Source of the DNA: Mobula hypostoma | Taxonomy: Eukaryota | NCBI RefSeq assembly: GCF_963921235.1 | Contig: NC_086097.1 | Location: forward strand, 207,082,001 to 207,146,000 | Direction of reading: 5' to 3' | Length of the DNA: 64,000 nucleotides | Shown here: positions 34,321 through 48,800 of the stretch, piece by piece | Numbering within the stretch: the stretch's first letter is position 1 | Layout of the letters: each line of letters starts with the position of its first letter | Notes under the pieces: generated by a model | The model's input: only the letters and a program-made list of their open reading frames with translations | Databases searched by the model: none | What the model was told of the DNA's origin: nothing | Made by a program: the position numbers and the translations under genes

Positions 34321-37320
34321 ATTATATTACCACAATATTTAGGAAAACTGGAAACATTTGAAGAACTACACATGACAACATGCTGCTCAGCATTAACAGC
34401 AGTACAGTGCAATGACTCCAAAGCTCATTAACGGAATCTCAAAACTGAGTAATGAACTGAGTACACCGAAATGGCAGAAGAGTTTGAGAGACAAAACTGA
34501 ATTGTTATGAGCAGATCTAGGCCACCAAATGGAGTATGTAGAAAACCCAAGGAAGAAGGTTAAGAGAAAAGCTAAGAAAATACTAACGAAATATAAGGTC
34601 TACGCAAGATGTGATGAACCAAACAAAAGCATTGTAGAATTTATAGATACTCTAAATCCAAAGTTCTGTGCATACAAAACCAGACAAAATAGATACATGA
34701 AATATGCCAGATGAAGAAAGCAGAATTATCAGTTTAGAAACAATGGACAAGGTTTTACGGGACATTGAACCTAAATTAAATGCACCAAGACATCACTAAC
34801 CCCAGCACAGAATTACTAACAAGCACAAAGATAATGAAGTTTTAGTCTAATATCTGGTCAAGCAGGACAACACACAATCAAGATGCAAGCTAGATTAAGC
34901 TCGAGGAAAAAGAGCACACTCACACAGTTAAAGAAATGCAAACACCTGAAGTTACAAGGGATATGCGTAAAGCAGTTATAAAAACTACCCACAACTGGAA
35001 AAGTACTGGCAGTGATAAGATTTATAATTATTGGTATAAAAAGTTTACTTGCCTTCATCCATACCTATTAATACATATCAACAAGCTTCTTAAAAATCCT
35101 GCAAAACTACCCAGATTTTTGACAGAAGATAAAACATATCTCTTACTTAAAGGAGAAATAACAAATGATCCATCAAACTATCATCCTGTTGCTAGTTTAC
35201 AAACTATATATAGAATTGTAACATCGTGCAAATCACAACTTATCATCACTCACTCAAATAACCACAATGTGCTTGCAGAAGAAAGTATGAAGTAAGGGTA
35301 TGAACGGGTCTAAAGAACAAATGATAAACTAAACCCAACAATTGTGAAATTCCAATAACATCTGATGATGCACTGGCATGTTATAATTACCCTATCTATC
35401 GACAGCCAAAAGAAAAACAAGCACCATTATTAAAGTAAACTAAAGTATTTTCCAGGGCATCTCTCCAAGCCCACTGTGGTTTTGTCTAGCTTTAAACCCA
35501 CTCCTTACTGAATCAGACAAAAATAAGTATCAAATCAAACCAAATGAATTGGTTTGACAAATCGTCTATACGTGGGCAATTTGAAATTACTTGCTCCTTC
35601 ACCAGCAAGGCTAAAGCAATTAAATCAAATAGTAGAACTATTTTCTAAAGATATAAACATGCACGTTAGGCTAGATAAATGCAGAAAGATGCAATAGAGC
35701 TAGTAGAGCACAAAACAGAGCAGCAGAATACAATACAACTGATGGATGAATATGAAGTATATAAGTATCTGGGATATCATAAAGCAAAGAAAATAGATGG
35801 TAGTGTGATAAAGGGAAATCTTTCGACAGAATTTACCCCCAGGCTTCAGAAAGTCTGCCAAACAGAGCTCAGTAGTAAAAATATGCAAAGGCAATAAACA
35901 CTTTCACTATACACATAATAGTATATTCTTTTGGCATAATATCTTGGTCTGAAACTATTCTGGAAAATTTATAAAGAAAAATAAGGACTGTAATGACACA
36001 TTTCAGAAAACACTATGTGCACTTGAAAACACTTCAATTAACACTACCTGGGACAGAAGGAGGAAGTGGAATAATGGACATAAAAATTTTAAACAACCGT
36101 CAGATAAAACTTCGAAGGATATATTTTCAAAAACTTCTGAGGATATATTTTCATCATTGAAAACAAGATTCAGTATTCCATGCGCTCATTTACATTTCTG
36201 ATAAGTGCATACCATTAAACTTAAATGAAAGCACAACCCAGAAAAAAATTAAGAAATTATCACTGCAGGAGGAAAGGTGAACCAATAGAAGAGCATGACC
36301 TTTCATGGAGGACATCCCCATGATCTGAGCAGACCAGATGTCAACAAGGAAGCGCTGATATCTGGAGTTGAAGACCTCTTCCTAGAAACAGAGGGATTCC
36401 TTGTGGCAATACGGGACCAAGTGTTTAACACAGAAAATTATCAAAAATACATAATAAAACACCAACAAATCCAAAATAATAAATGCAGAAAATGTCAAGA
36501 GAAACCAGAAACAATCCAACCCATTACAAGACCCTGCAGCAATTTACTTACAATCTGATTACCTACACAGGCAGAATCAAGTGGGAAACATCATTCATCA
36601 AAATCTTGCTTGAAAACACAAACTCATAAAATACACCATACCTTACTATAAATTGGCCAGCTGGTGGCATAGTGGCATCAGCGCCGGACTTCAGAGCGAA
36701 GGCTCATGAGTTCGAATCCAGCCAGCTCCCTTACACGCTTTCCATCCGTACTGGGCTGTGCGTCGAGCTGGCAACTTGGCCTCATAGAAATAAGAAAGCC
36801 TGCTAAAAAAAAGTCATCATGACGGCGTCCTGATGACTCCACTCAGAGTTAAGGGCTTTCTTCTTTCTTCTTTACTATAAATACAGGCCTGATGCAGTTT
36901 AGAGTCACAGTCTTACAAATTATATTGTGGGCAATCCATAATAACTGTCTGGATATAATATTTCAGGATAAACTTGCAAAAACAACTTTCTTAATAGATA
37001 CAGCAATTTCACGTGCACATAACATACAGAAATCAATGTAAAAAAACACCAAAAATATGGTGAATTCGAAGAGGAAACTGAAAAACAATTGTACATGAAC
37101 ATTGTACATGCCCCGATAGTAATATCTACACTGTTATCATCCCAAATTTGTTAAACAGTTCGGCCTTCACAGCAATATTTATGTAAATCTTCAGAAAGCC
37201 ACAATACTAACCACCACTACAATAGTCCAAAAGTTCCTAGATATTGAGAAATGAGTGCGCTTTCTTATACCCGTACCTCAGATTTTACCAGCTTATGTTG
37301 AGAAAAAATTTAAAAATAAT
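34321..37320 (+). mobile_element. R4/Dong-like non-LTR retrotransposon (RT + CCHC + restriction-like endonuclease), degraded
   Basis: NWKSTGSDKIYNYWYKK, DPSNYHPV, YKYLG, EGGSG, ETEGFLVAIRDQV, KCRKCQEKPETIQPITRPC, PD-like ..DII...LIDTAI...KY; A-rich 3' end. Confidence 0.85.
36654..36871 (+). mobile_element. tRNA-derived SINE
   Basis: A box TGGCATAGTGG, B box GAGTTCGAATCC, core shared with SINE 4300-4609, (ttc)n tail, 11-bp TSD ttactataaat. Confidence 0.88.
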
Positions 37321-37675
37321 AAAAATCCTTGAGGCATTTTCTGTCCTCCATCGGAAGTGTCCCCACCTGACAGATTCAGGAAACCCTCTGCAGATATGCA
37401 GGGCTGGTGGGAAATAAAATAACACCCACAGACCAAAATAGAAACAAATCAATGCTTATCTGTACCTAGATTGGGCCGTGCTCTGGTCAGCTTCTGTTCT
37501 CCATGTTAGGGGTGACTAAAAGCAAAACCTTGCTATTAGGATAAAAAGCTATAGTTTTTCACTTTAGAACTGGCGATATATCTACAGAATAGAGTAGTAT
37601 GGCCACTGTTTGGGAATTGCCAGGGCATGCCTGGAGCTGGCACTGGCTGTGACAGTTAGCAAACTGCTGAATAGA

Positions 37676-40410
37676 CATAGTCATACTTTATTGATCCCGG
37701 GGGAAATTGGTTTTCATTACAGTTGCACCATAAATAATAAATAGTAATAATACCATAAATAGTTAAATAGTGATATGTAAATTATGCCAGGAAATAAGTC
37801 CAGGACCAGCCTATTGGCTCAGGGTGTCTGACCCTCCAAGGGAGGAGTTGTAAAGTTTGATGGCCACAGGCAGGAATGACTTCCTATGACGCTCTGTGTT
37901 GCATCTCGGTGGAATGAGTCTCTGGCTGAATGTACTCCTGTGCCCAACCAGTACATTATGTAGTGGATGGGAGACATTGTCCAAGATGGCATGCAACTTG
38001 GACAGCATCCTCTTTTCAGACAGCACCGTCAGAGAGTCCAGTTCCATTCCCACAACATCACTGGCCTTACGAATGAGTTTGTTGATTCTGTTGGTGTCTG
38101 CTACCCTCAGCCTGCTGCCCCAGCACACAACAACAAACATGATAGCACTGGCCACCACAGACTCGTAGAACATCCTCAGCATCGTCCGGCAGATGTTAAA
38201 GGAGGTCAGTCTCCTCAGGAAATAGAGACAGCTCTGACCCTTCTTGTAGACAGCCTCAGTGTTCTTTGACCAGTCCAGTTTATTGTCAATTCGTATCCCC
38301 AGGTATTTGTAATCCTCCACCATGTCCACACTGACCCCCTGGGCGGAAACAGGGGTCACCGGTACCTTAGCTCTCCTCAGATCTACCACCAGCTCCTTAG
38401 TCTTTTTCACATTAAACTGCAGATAATTCTGCTCACATCATGTAACAAAGTTTCCTACCGTAGCCCTGTACTCAGCCTCATCTCTCTTGCTGATGCATTC
38501 AACTATGGCAGAGTCGTCAGAAAACTTCTGAAGATGACGAGACTCTGTGCAGTAGTTGAAGTCCGAGCTGTAAATGGTGAAGAGAAAGGGAGACAAGACA
38601 GTCCCCTGTGGAGCCCCAGTGCTGCTGATCACTCTGTTGGACACACAGTGTTGCAAGCACACGTACTGTGGTCTGCCAGTCAGGTAATCAAGAATCCATG
38701 ACACCAGGAAAGCATCCACTTGCATCGCTGTCAGCTTCTCCCCCAGCAGAGCAGGGCGGATGGTGTTGAATGCACTAGAGAAGTCAAAAAACATCACCCT
38801 CACAGTGTTCGCTGGTTTGTCCATGTGGGTGTAGACACGGTTCAGCAGGTAGACGACGGCATCCTCAACTCCTAATCGAGGCTGGTAGGCAAACTGGAGG
38901 GGATCTAAGTGTGGCCTAACCATAGGCGGAAGCAGCTCCAGAACAAGTCTCTTCAGGGTCTTCATGATGTGGGAGGTCAATGCCACTGGTCTGTAGTCAT
39001 TGAGGCCGCTGGGGCGCGGCGTCTTCAGCACAGGGTCAAGGCAGGATGTCTTCCACAGCACAGGAACCCTCCGGAGCCTCAGGCTCAGGTTAAATACATG
39101 GTGAAGTACTCCACATAGCTGAGGGGCACAGGCTTTGGGCACCCTGGTACTGACACCATCCGGTCCTGCAGCCTTGCTTGGGTTGAGACGTTTCAGCTGT
39201 CTTCTCACCTGTTCAGCTGTGAAGCCCACCGGTGGTGGTTTCGTGTGGGGGAGGGGTATAGTCATGAGAGCAAGGTGGGGGACTGTGAGGAGGGGTAGGA
39301 GGGGAGAGTGGAATATGTGTTGATTGGGGGCCGACAACAGATGACTCATGTGAGGGATGGGCAGGGGCCACAATGTCAAATCTGTTAAAGAACAAGTTAA
39401 ATTCATTGGCCCTGTCCACACTGCCTTCTGCTCCTCTGTTGCTAGTTTGCCGGAACCCAGTGATGGTCCTCATCCCCATCCAGACCCCTCTCATGTTGTT
39501 CTGCTGCAGTTTCCACTCAAGCTTCTTCCTGTACCTGTCTTTAGCCTCCCTGATCCTGGCTTTCAGGTCCCTCTGTATTGCCCTCAGCTCCTCCCTATTT
39601 CCATCTCTAAATGCCCTCTTTTTAGCGTTCAGGATGTCCTTAATGTCCTTTGTCACCCATGGCTTGTTATTTGAATACAAAGGACAGTTCTTGTCGGAAC
39701 ATTGCAGTCCACACAGAAGTTGATGTAATCAGTGATGCACTCTGTGAGCCCATCAATATCCTCTTCATGTGGCTCACAGAGTGCCTGCCAGTCTGTCACC
39801 TCAAAACAACCCTGGAGCGCCTCATAAGCCTCCTCCGATCATTTCCTCACTGTCCTCGAGGTTGCAGGTTTATTCTTCACCAGAGGCACGTAGCAGGGTT
39901 TTAGATGCACCAGGTTGTGATCTGACTTTCCCAGTGGGGGGAGGGGAGAGGAGCTGTACGCATCCTTAACGTTAGCGTACATCAAATCCAGAGTCCTCTC
40001 CCCTCTGGTTGTACAGCTCACGTACTGCGTGAAGTTGGGCAGTGTTCTAGCCATGGTAACATGGTTGAAGTCACCCGAGATGGTAATGAGGGCACTCAGG
40101 TGCTGGGTTTGTAATCTGGCTATGATGGTGTAAATGATGTTACACACCAACGTCGGGTTGACAGAGGGAGGGATGTACACAACAACCACAATTGCATGCG
40201 AGATTTCCCTTGGCAAATAATATGGCCGGCAAAAAGTTCAATATCCGGGCTACAAACACGTTCCTTGATCGTAATATGCTCAGGATTGCACCATCACTGC
40301 CAGCCCCCCTCCTTTACGCTTACTGCTCTCAGTGCAATTCCGGTCAGCTTGAACGGTCTGGAAGCCCTCTATGGAAACGCTTTGGTCGGGTATGTCCTTG
40401 TGCAGGTAAG
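37676..40410 (-). mobile_element. Rex1/Babar LINE, 5'-truncated, relatively young (EN-RT with few frameshifts)
   Basis: VYIPP..SGDFNH..TLDL..SDH (APE); KAAGPDG, DYRPVALT, DPLQFAYQ, DFSSAFNTI, GAPQG, KFSDDS; (actatg)n tail. Confidence 0.95.
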
Positions 40411-40429
40411 CACCAGGAAATCCAAAAAA

Positions 40430-41676
40430 GATACAGCCAACATTCAAAGTAGCCCACCAATACCACAGGCTATGATTTTTGCAGTTACTTCTCAAGGGAG
40501 CAGTCAACTTAAAACTGAGACCACTCAAACTAATAAGAGAAGAAAGACATAAATGAAATGGTCATTAGAAGTAAATACGTTCATTCATCATGTAACAGAA
40601 CTTGAGAATAACATGACAGGGACAAACTTCATCAAATGTTTATAGCACAGTATCCCTCCATGCAAGTCAGTACACAATAATCAACGCAAAGTGTTAATAA
40701 ATAACTTAATCCCTATAGTCATGTTAAACCAAATAAAACATGAAGTAGCATGAATGCTAGAAAGAAACCAACCTCCAGACTACAACACCATACAAGAAAA
40801 TAATGAAGATGTCAGCCCATCCCCAGAAAACAGAATTACTTCAGTAACTGCTCCGCAATCTGACGGTAACTGCATCAAAACTGATGAAGAACCTCTGCAG
40901 GATGCTAATGATGAAGCTGAGCTTACAGACAAAATTATCCTAACGTTTAACAGCATACTAACAGAAACATGAGAGATTCTGCAGATGCTGGAAATCCAAA
41001 GCAATATGCACAAAATGCTGGAGGATCTCAACATCGTCAGGAAGCATCTATGGGAATGAATAAGCAGTCGATGCTTCGATCCCAGGCTTTTCATGGTGAC
41101 TGGAAAGGAAAAGAAAGGAAAAGATGGCAGAATATAAAGGTGGGGGGAGGGAAAGGAGGATAGAGAGAAGATGACAGATGAAGCCACAAAGATAAGGAAA
41201 AATAAAGGGCTAGAGAGGAAGAAATCTGATAAAAGAGAAGAGTGGACCATAGGAGAAAGGGAAGGAAGAGGGGACACAGGGGGAGGTGAATAGCAGGTGT
41301 GAAGAGGTAAGAGGCCAGAATAGGAAATAGAAGAAGAGAGGAGGAGGAGGGAATTATTTTCCACAAGGAGAATTTGATATTCATGCCATCAGGTTGGAGG
41401 CTAGCCAGAAGGAATACAGGGTACTCCTCCTCCACCCTGAGGGTGGCCTCATCTTGGAGACCATGGACCATACTAACAAAATGAACCAACAAAAAGACCC
41501 TACATGCAATAGCAAAACACACTAATAAAATTTGCAAAAATTGGTAATACTAATCAATATTATATTACCACAAAATTTTGGAAATAGCATTGGAAGAAAT
41601 ACACATAATAATACACTGTGCAGCATTAACAGCAGTGTAATGCAATGCCTCCAAAATAGAGGCACTCATTAATGAA
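40430..41676 (+). mobile_element. 5' part of a second R4-like LINE with nested Penelope fragment (40965-41457)
   Basis: 41558-41672 is homologous to 34321-34432; Penelope EATLRVEEEYPVF..SLQPDGMN on minus. Confidence 0.65.
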
Positions 41677-41679
41677 GTG

Positions 41680-42275
41680 AGGCTGGGTGAAGTTATTCCC
41701 TCTGGTTCAAGGGCTTGATGGTTGAAGGGTAATAACTGTTCCTAAACCTGGTGGTGGGGTTCTGAGGCTCCTATACCTTCTTCCTGATGGCATCAGTGAG
41801 AAGAGAGCATGACCTGGATGGTAGGGTCCTTAATGATGAGAGCTGCTTTCCTGTAGCAGAGCCCCATGTAGATACTGGGGAGACCTTTACCCGTAATGGA
41901 CTGGGTCATATCCACTACTTTTAGTAGGCTTTCCCATTCAAGGGCACTGGTGTTTGATGCCGAGCCATGAGGCAACCAGTCAATATACTCCCCACGATAT
42001 ATTCACAGAAGTTTGTCAAAGTTTTAGATGACATGTCAAATCTTGACAAACTTCAAAGGAAGCAGAGGCACTGCCATGTTCTCTTCATAATGGCACTTGC
42101 ATACTTGACCCAGGACAGACCCTCTGAAATGAGAACTCCGAGTAATTTAACGTTGCTGACCCTCTCCTCTTCTGATCCCCAAACAAGAACTGGCTTATGG
42201 ACCTCTGGTTTCCTCCTCCTGAAGTCTATAATCAGCTTTTAAGTCTTGTTGACATTGAGTGAGAAGTTGTTGCTG
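41680..42275 (-). mobile_element. Rex1/Babar-type LINE 3' fragment
   Basis: Homologous to 1-600. Confidence 0.7.
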
Positions 42276-42277
42276 AA

Positions 42278-42430
42278 AGTGCTCATGGATTTCTGTGCAA
42301 GAAGAGCATCCTGCCATTCATAGGAAAGCAATAAACATTTTGCTGCAGTTTTCAACTTTGTACATGTGTGAGCAAGCTTTTTCTTGTTTAACAAGCATCA
42401 AGAGCAAGGATAGAAATCACCTCATTTCCA
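42278..42430 (+). mobile_element. hAT transposase C-terminal dimerisation-domain fragment
   Basis: EEHPAIHRKAINILLQFSTLYMCEQAFSCLTSIKSKDRN. Confidence 0.8.
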
Positions 42431-42982
42431 TGACATTACCACTCATTCTTCTGAATTCACATACTTCACACCCCCTGACACCTGAAGTTTCACCATACTG
42501 CTGGTGTCTTCCATGTGAAGACTGACGCAAAATACTTATTCAGTTCCTCCACCGTTTCGTTGTCTCCCATCATTACCTCTGCATCGTTTTCCAACAGTCC
42601 AATATCCACTCTTGCCTCTCTTTTACACTTTATGTATCTGAATAATCTTTTGATATCTTCTTCAATATTATTGGCTAGCATACTCACCAATTATGTTGAG
42701 TCAGAAGATATGCCAAGTCAGAAGTTGAGGACATAAATCAGAAGTTCCTTCAGCTTAAACTGATCTCATCAAATACAAGTTCAAGGTTAAGCTTAATTAG
42801 CATTCTTGTATCATTCAACAAAAACAGTGTTCCTCTGGGAACAAGGTACAGAACACATTAACAACTGCACAAAGCAAATAGCATAAATAGCACATATGGT
42901 TACAATTTCACAAAAACATACAGTCACAAAGAAAAAAAAATAGCCCAAGTCCCTGAATGGCATGACTGTAGAACTGATGATA

Positions 42983-43610
42983 CAATGAGGCCACCCTCTG
43001 GGTGGAGGAGCAACACCTTATAATCCATCTGGGTAGCCTCCAACCTGATGACATGAACATCAATTTCTCCTTCCAGTAAAAAATATCTCTCCCCCTTCCC
43101 TCTACTTCTATTCCCCTCTCTGACCTCTTACCTCTTCTCACCTAACTATCACCTCCCTCTTGTGCGCCTCCCTCTACTACCCCTTGCGCTTTCCCCTATG
43201 CCTTCTTCACTTTCCTGCCTATCCCCTCCCTGCTTCCCCTCCCCCACCCCTTTATCTTTCCCCTTACTGGTTTTTCACCTGGAACCTACCAGCCTTCTCC
43301 TTCCCACCCTCCCCCCACCTTCTTTATAGGCCCTCTGCCCCTTCCCTCTTCAGTCCTGACGAAGGGTTTCAGCCTGAAATGTTGACTAATCATTTCCACG
43401 GATGCTGGCCAACCTGTTGAGTTCTTCAAGGGTGTTGTGAGTGTTGGTTTGACCCCAGTATCTGCAGAGTATTTTGTGTTTTTATTCTGACATCTTTCCC
43501 CCTTCCTCTGCAGTCCTGAAGAAGGGTCTTGGCCCAAAACATCAACAATTTGTTCAAGTCCATTGATGCTGCCTGATCTGCTGATTTCCTCCAGCATTTT
43601 GTCTATGTTG
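42983..43610 (+). mobile_element. Nested Penelope 3' ends / pseudo-LTRs
   Basis: EATLWVEEQHLIIHLGSLQPDDMN, pyrimidine-rich UTR, two ctga(c/a)gaaggg motifs. Confidence 0.85.
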
Positions 43611-45850
43611 AGTTGATGGTAAATTGACCTGGTCCAGCTTGTTCTTCCACTGAGTGAACACTAGAGGACAGCACCAACAAACACCAGAAAACAGCACTGA
43701 GTGACTACTGGAAGTCAGTACCAATGAGAAGAGCCAGCCCCCAACCCAGGTACGGTTTCTAATGCACCCCACGGGGGCTTGCCCATACCACCTTTGCATC
43801 TCTCCTTCTGGTCAGCTGCAATGGGCAAACCTGTAGCCTTGGCCTAGTCCTCATCACAACTGAGGCAACACAGCTCCCCTGCCATTGGTCTTGCCAATGA
43901 ACCAGTGAACAACCAATGCAGTATTCTATGTTACCAATGTCCAACAGGGTCTTGTAATCACAATAAAAACATCCAAGACAATCACTTGCACTATGCACCA
44001 TCCAACGGAACACAACTCCAGGCAACAACACAACAACAATACACCCTAAGTCCAGCTTATCACTATTGACCAACTCGCTGACGAGATAGTCCAGCAGTAT
44101 TAGATGTTCTAAGTATCCAGCAGTGATTTGCAATCGTAAAACGGACATACAAAATGTACAAGGTAAACAAGATGATTGGGCATGGAGTGGCCACTGCGTC
44201 AGAGCATGCTGCCGTCTAAAAGGAAGCATATTTGGTATAGCATTGGAAACTGACGGCAAATATAGGTGAAATGCCGAAATGAAATGACAGCATGCTCTTC
44301 ATGGTTCATCTGTGGAAATTTGCCAGAGTTTTTGATGACATACCAAATCTCCTCAAGCTCCTAATGAAGTCAATCTGTGAACATACTTTCTTCGTGATTG
44401 TATCAAGATGCTTGGCCCAGAATAGATGCTCTGATTTGTTGATACCAAGGTACTCCCAGGGAACTTAAAACTGCTCACTCATTTCACTGTTGATCCTTCA
44501 AGGAGGACAACTGTGTGTTCACCTGACTTCTCCTTCCAGAAGTGTACATTCAAATCCTTGGTCTTATTGACATTGAGTGTTAGATTGTTACTGCAACACC
44601 GCTCAAACAGCTGATCTATCTCACTCCTATATGTCTCCTTGTCACTCTGAGATTTTGTCAACACTTGTGAATTCAGAGAAGTTATAGATGCCATGTTTCA
44701 ATTCATATTATTTCGTAAATATAATGTGTAATAATATTAATATTAGATATTAAATAACAAAAATTATATCAATTCATTTAAATTCTATGTTTATGTTCAC
44801 TTAAACTGCTTTTGGTTTCTTTGGAATAAAATTCTGGCAGTAAATGAGATATACTAAAATTAACTTTAAATCTACACCTTCATATATTTAATACCCTCAC
44901 CCTGGGAACAAATTCTTACTCATAAACCTATTTATGCATCTTATAATTTTATATATCTCTGACAGGTCACTTCTTAACCTGCCTTTGAATAAAGAAGCTC
45001 CATCAATCCAGTATCGTCCTACAAATGAAGTCCTCTAACTCAGTAAATATCCTCTGTAATTGCTCCACTGTTCAATTTCTACATTTACTATTTCAATATT
45101 GTTTACTACAGATTCAAAAATGACAAACTCATATGTTCCCAGTCCTACATAAATATCATCTGTTTTCTCTGGCTGTTGGGAAGGACGCAATTACCGATCT
45201 ATTATCCACCAAAGATACAATCATGTTTCTCTAGCCATGTATTATAATTTGCCCTGCAGCCATTGTATAACTGAGTCTCCCAATGCTGTAGCCCTGTTTC
45301 TGATTTTACTCCACAACACCCAGAAATCAACTTGCAGTCTTTAGGTTTTAAGGTAGCCTATTTCCACAGAAGTCTCCAGTATTTCTGAGTAAGCTATTCC
45401 CACCACTTTTATTGACTTTTTCTGATTGATTTTTCAGGCTTTAAATTAAAAGCACCCCAGATTTTAACAGATTATCGTTTTATGGAATCCAGCCACATAT
45501 TCCAACAGCCATATTCCTTAATCCCAAAGCACATATTTCTGTTTCTGTTTCTGTCAGTACTCATTCCTACAATCTCTTCAACTCTCTTTCTAAACCAATT
45601 ACTTTACCTTCAAAATCCCCTCCTGCATCGTGCTCTATGGAAGTATATTTAGCCTCAAAGCTGTTGGTTATTCTGGTACATTTGCCTACATCTATTTTGT
45701 TTTCTGAGTCCTCAAAGTCTTATTTTCAGTCTTTGGCTGATCATTCTGGTCTGCCACCAAAAGATAAAAAGTATGCTCTAAAACTCCAGTATCTCTACTA
45801 CTACTGAAATAGGATAATTTTCTGATTCCCCCACCCCCACCCCGCCACCC

Positions 45851-48800
45851 TGCAGTGGTAGTTAATAGTGTTATTCCTATGCCACTCAGTTATCCACTCC
45901 CATATTGTGCAAGCATCATTATCAATAATGTTCAGTTGAATATTGTGCATGCTGACATCCTGGTGTGCTCTGTTCTATCCCTCAACACCGAACACAAAAT
46001 GATGTCAGAAGTGGTTGATCATTGATCAATTTGCGCCACAGACCAAGTCATACCGCCAACAAGAAGGAATTTGAACTGACTGTTCTTGGTCTGCTATGCA
46101 ATGCCTTTAATCTACACACAAAAGTGGATACATTGTTATAATCTGTGGGCCACTAGCCTGGAGAAGTGACACGGACACGGCAGAGAGGTCAGTCAAACTC
46201 TCAGGGAGAAAAAATAAGACTTCTGTAGTCAAAATAAATAAAATAATGAAAAAAAAATGAACAGGAGAATGGAGCAAATACCTGCTGAACCTATATCTAC
46301 ATGCCAAATAAAGCCCCCGCCCCCTGAGCCATTTGATTTCTTTAAACCAGGAGACTTTGAGTGATGGCTCAGACACTTTGAGAAACTTAGGGTTGTAAGC
46401 AATCTCACTTTGGCATCAAAAGAGCATCAAGTCAGCACACTGATATACAGCATGGGTGACAAAGCAGATGACATCATAGGTAGATTAGGACTGACAGATG
46501 CTCAGATGAAGAAGTACAAAACAGTGCAAGGCAAATTAAAAGGATATTTCACACGAAAGCAAATTCTGATATATGAGAGGGCAAAATTCATCTCCAGAAA
46601 ACAGGAGCCAGATGAAAGTGTAAATTACTTCATCACCGTATTGTATGCCCTGTCAGACAACTGTGCATATGGAAATCTGAGAGAAAAGCTCATTAGAGAT
46701 AGGATTCTTGTCAGGCTACTAGGCACCAAATTATCAGAGAAACTGCAGTTGCAGGCAAATCTCACACTAGAGAAAGCTGTTACTATAGTACGCAGAGTGA
46801 GAATGTTCGTCAGCAACAGGTAGAATTCAGGCATGAAAATGATGCTGAGGTAAAGCTAGAAACTGTACAAAAAGAAGGGTATAAACAAGGCGCCGTGAGA
46901 AAAACTACAGAAAGCGGTGACAGTTAACTCAAAATAGATGAGTGAATCAAAGAGCGGGTAAAATGTCCAACTGCAGGAGATGCTGCATTTCCATTCTATG
47001 TCAAGGAGGTCTGTCCAGCAAAAAGACTGAAATTCCACCAATGCAATAGGGTAAACACAAGGAATTCTGCAGATGCTGGAATTTCAAGCAACACACATAA
47101 AAGTTGCTGGTGAACGCAGCAGGCCAAGCAGCATCTCTAGGAAGAGGTAGAGTCGATGTTTCGGGCCGAGACCCTTCGTCATGACAATAGGGTAGCTCTT
47201 TACAAAAGACTGTAACTCTCAAAAACAGTTCTTCAGAAGGTCAAAGAAGACCATGATTCAGAGGAAGAGAAAACTTTCTTTGGAACTCCAAATTCAAATA
47301 GACAAGTCTGGTGTACTACAGTTATGTTGCAGAATGAGGCAGTGACATTCAAAATGGACAACAGGGCAGATATCACAGCTATCCCCAAATGACTGTTCAC
47401 ACAACTGGTGAAACATACAGGCATTGTACTAAACCTAACAAAGAAAGTGCTTATAAGGCCAAGGAAACATAAGCTCAGTGTGAAAAGAATATTTATTACT
47501 TCCATCGGTAAAAATGAGAATGTTAAAAGAGGATGTCTATGTTGTTCAGAATTTCTTCTAACCACTACTGGGATGATATGCCATTGAGAAGCTGACCCTC
47601 ATTGCAAGGTTGGATTTGTTCAACAATGTTCAGTGGCAGGAGAAGTACCCAGGGTTGTTCACAGGTCTGAAGGTACTGAAGGAAGCGTACCTTATCCAAC
47701 TGAGGTCAGGAGTGACACCCGACTCTCCAACCACAGCGAGGCATATACTAGTCACATTGATGAACAAAGTCAAAGCTGAACTTGAGAGAATGAAAGCTGT
47801 TGCTATCATAACTGGAGGAAATGGACCTCCTGACTGGTATGTGGGCATTGTTCCTATTCCCAAGCCAGATGGCACAGTCAATGTTGATCTAACAATATTG
47901 AATAATATAGTGAGGTGAGAAATGTTTATTCTGCCCCTTGATGAGCACACCTGGGTGGAGCAAAGTCCTTCACTAAGCCAATTGCAAACTCAGGGTTCTG
48001 GCCGTTCTCTTTGGCTCTTGAGTCACAGAAGGTCACAAACTTCATCACACCATGTGGACACTATGCCTTCAAGAGACTCTCTTTTGGCATTTCATCAGCT
48101 CCTGAACTCCTTGAGAAGAAGAAGAACCAGATTTTGGAGGGACTGGAGGAAGTAGTCTGCCACATGGATGATATACTCATTTTCAGAGGCTCAAGTGAGG
48201 AACATGACAACAATGGAAGCTGCCTTGGATAAACTGAAACAGGCTGGAATCACCCGGAACAAAAAGAACTGCAAATTTGCAAAGTTGGAGGTGAAGTTCT
48301 TCGGCCACCAACTGTTCTCAGAGGGAATGCACCAGATTCAGACAAGCTGGCAGGAGATTAGAACATGGAGCAAACTACGAATGTATCAAAGTTTCTTTGG
48401 CATGATAAACCAGCTGAGAAAGTTCATTCCAGATATGGTGGAGAAAACAAAGTCCACTCTCAGAGTAATATTTGGACCTGGGATGTACCACAGGAGAAGT
48501 CATCCTCATCACTTAAAGCTGAGTTTATCTCTCCACCAATATTACTGTCCTTTGATCCAAACAAAGCAACCAGGGTCTCAGCAGATGCCTGTTCCTTTGG
48601 CCTAGGGGGAGTGTTCATGTTATACTGCTGTGCTGTAGGAAAGCTGGTGGAAATGCATCAAGAGCACTGACTCCTACTGAACAGCATTATTCCCAAATCG
48701 AAAAGGTGACGTTGGCTCTCATGTGGGCTTGTGTATGCTCTAGCTGCTACTTGATACTAAGTTCCTACTTGAAACAAACCACAAGCTACTTCTCAGCCTC

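Noticed and set aside
36654..36730. tRNA gene
   Set aside because: A/B boxes are present but followed by SINE core, tail and TSD; same for 4540-4609.
40780..41537. Long Ser/Pro/Leu-rich or hydrophobic ORFs (also 7895-8332, 54674-55142)
   Set aside because: Translations of pyrimidine-rich Penelope 3' UTRs, not genes.
43610..44260. 166-aa minus ORF / unassigned segment
   Set aside because: No recognisable motif or splice structure; probably an old repeat fragment and cannot be supported as a feature.
45731..45771. Plus-strand mini exon (SLADHSGLPPKDK)
   Set aside because: Weak donor, opposite strand to the other exon candidates, and adjacent to decayed repeat sequence.
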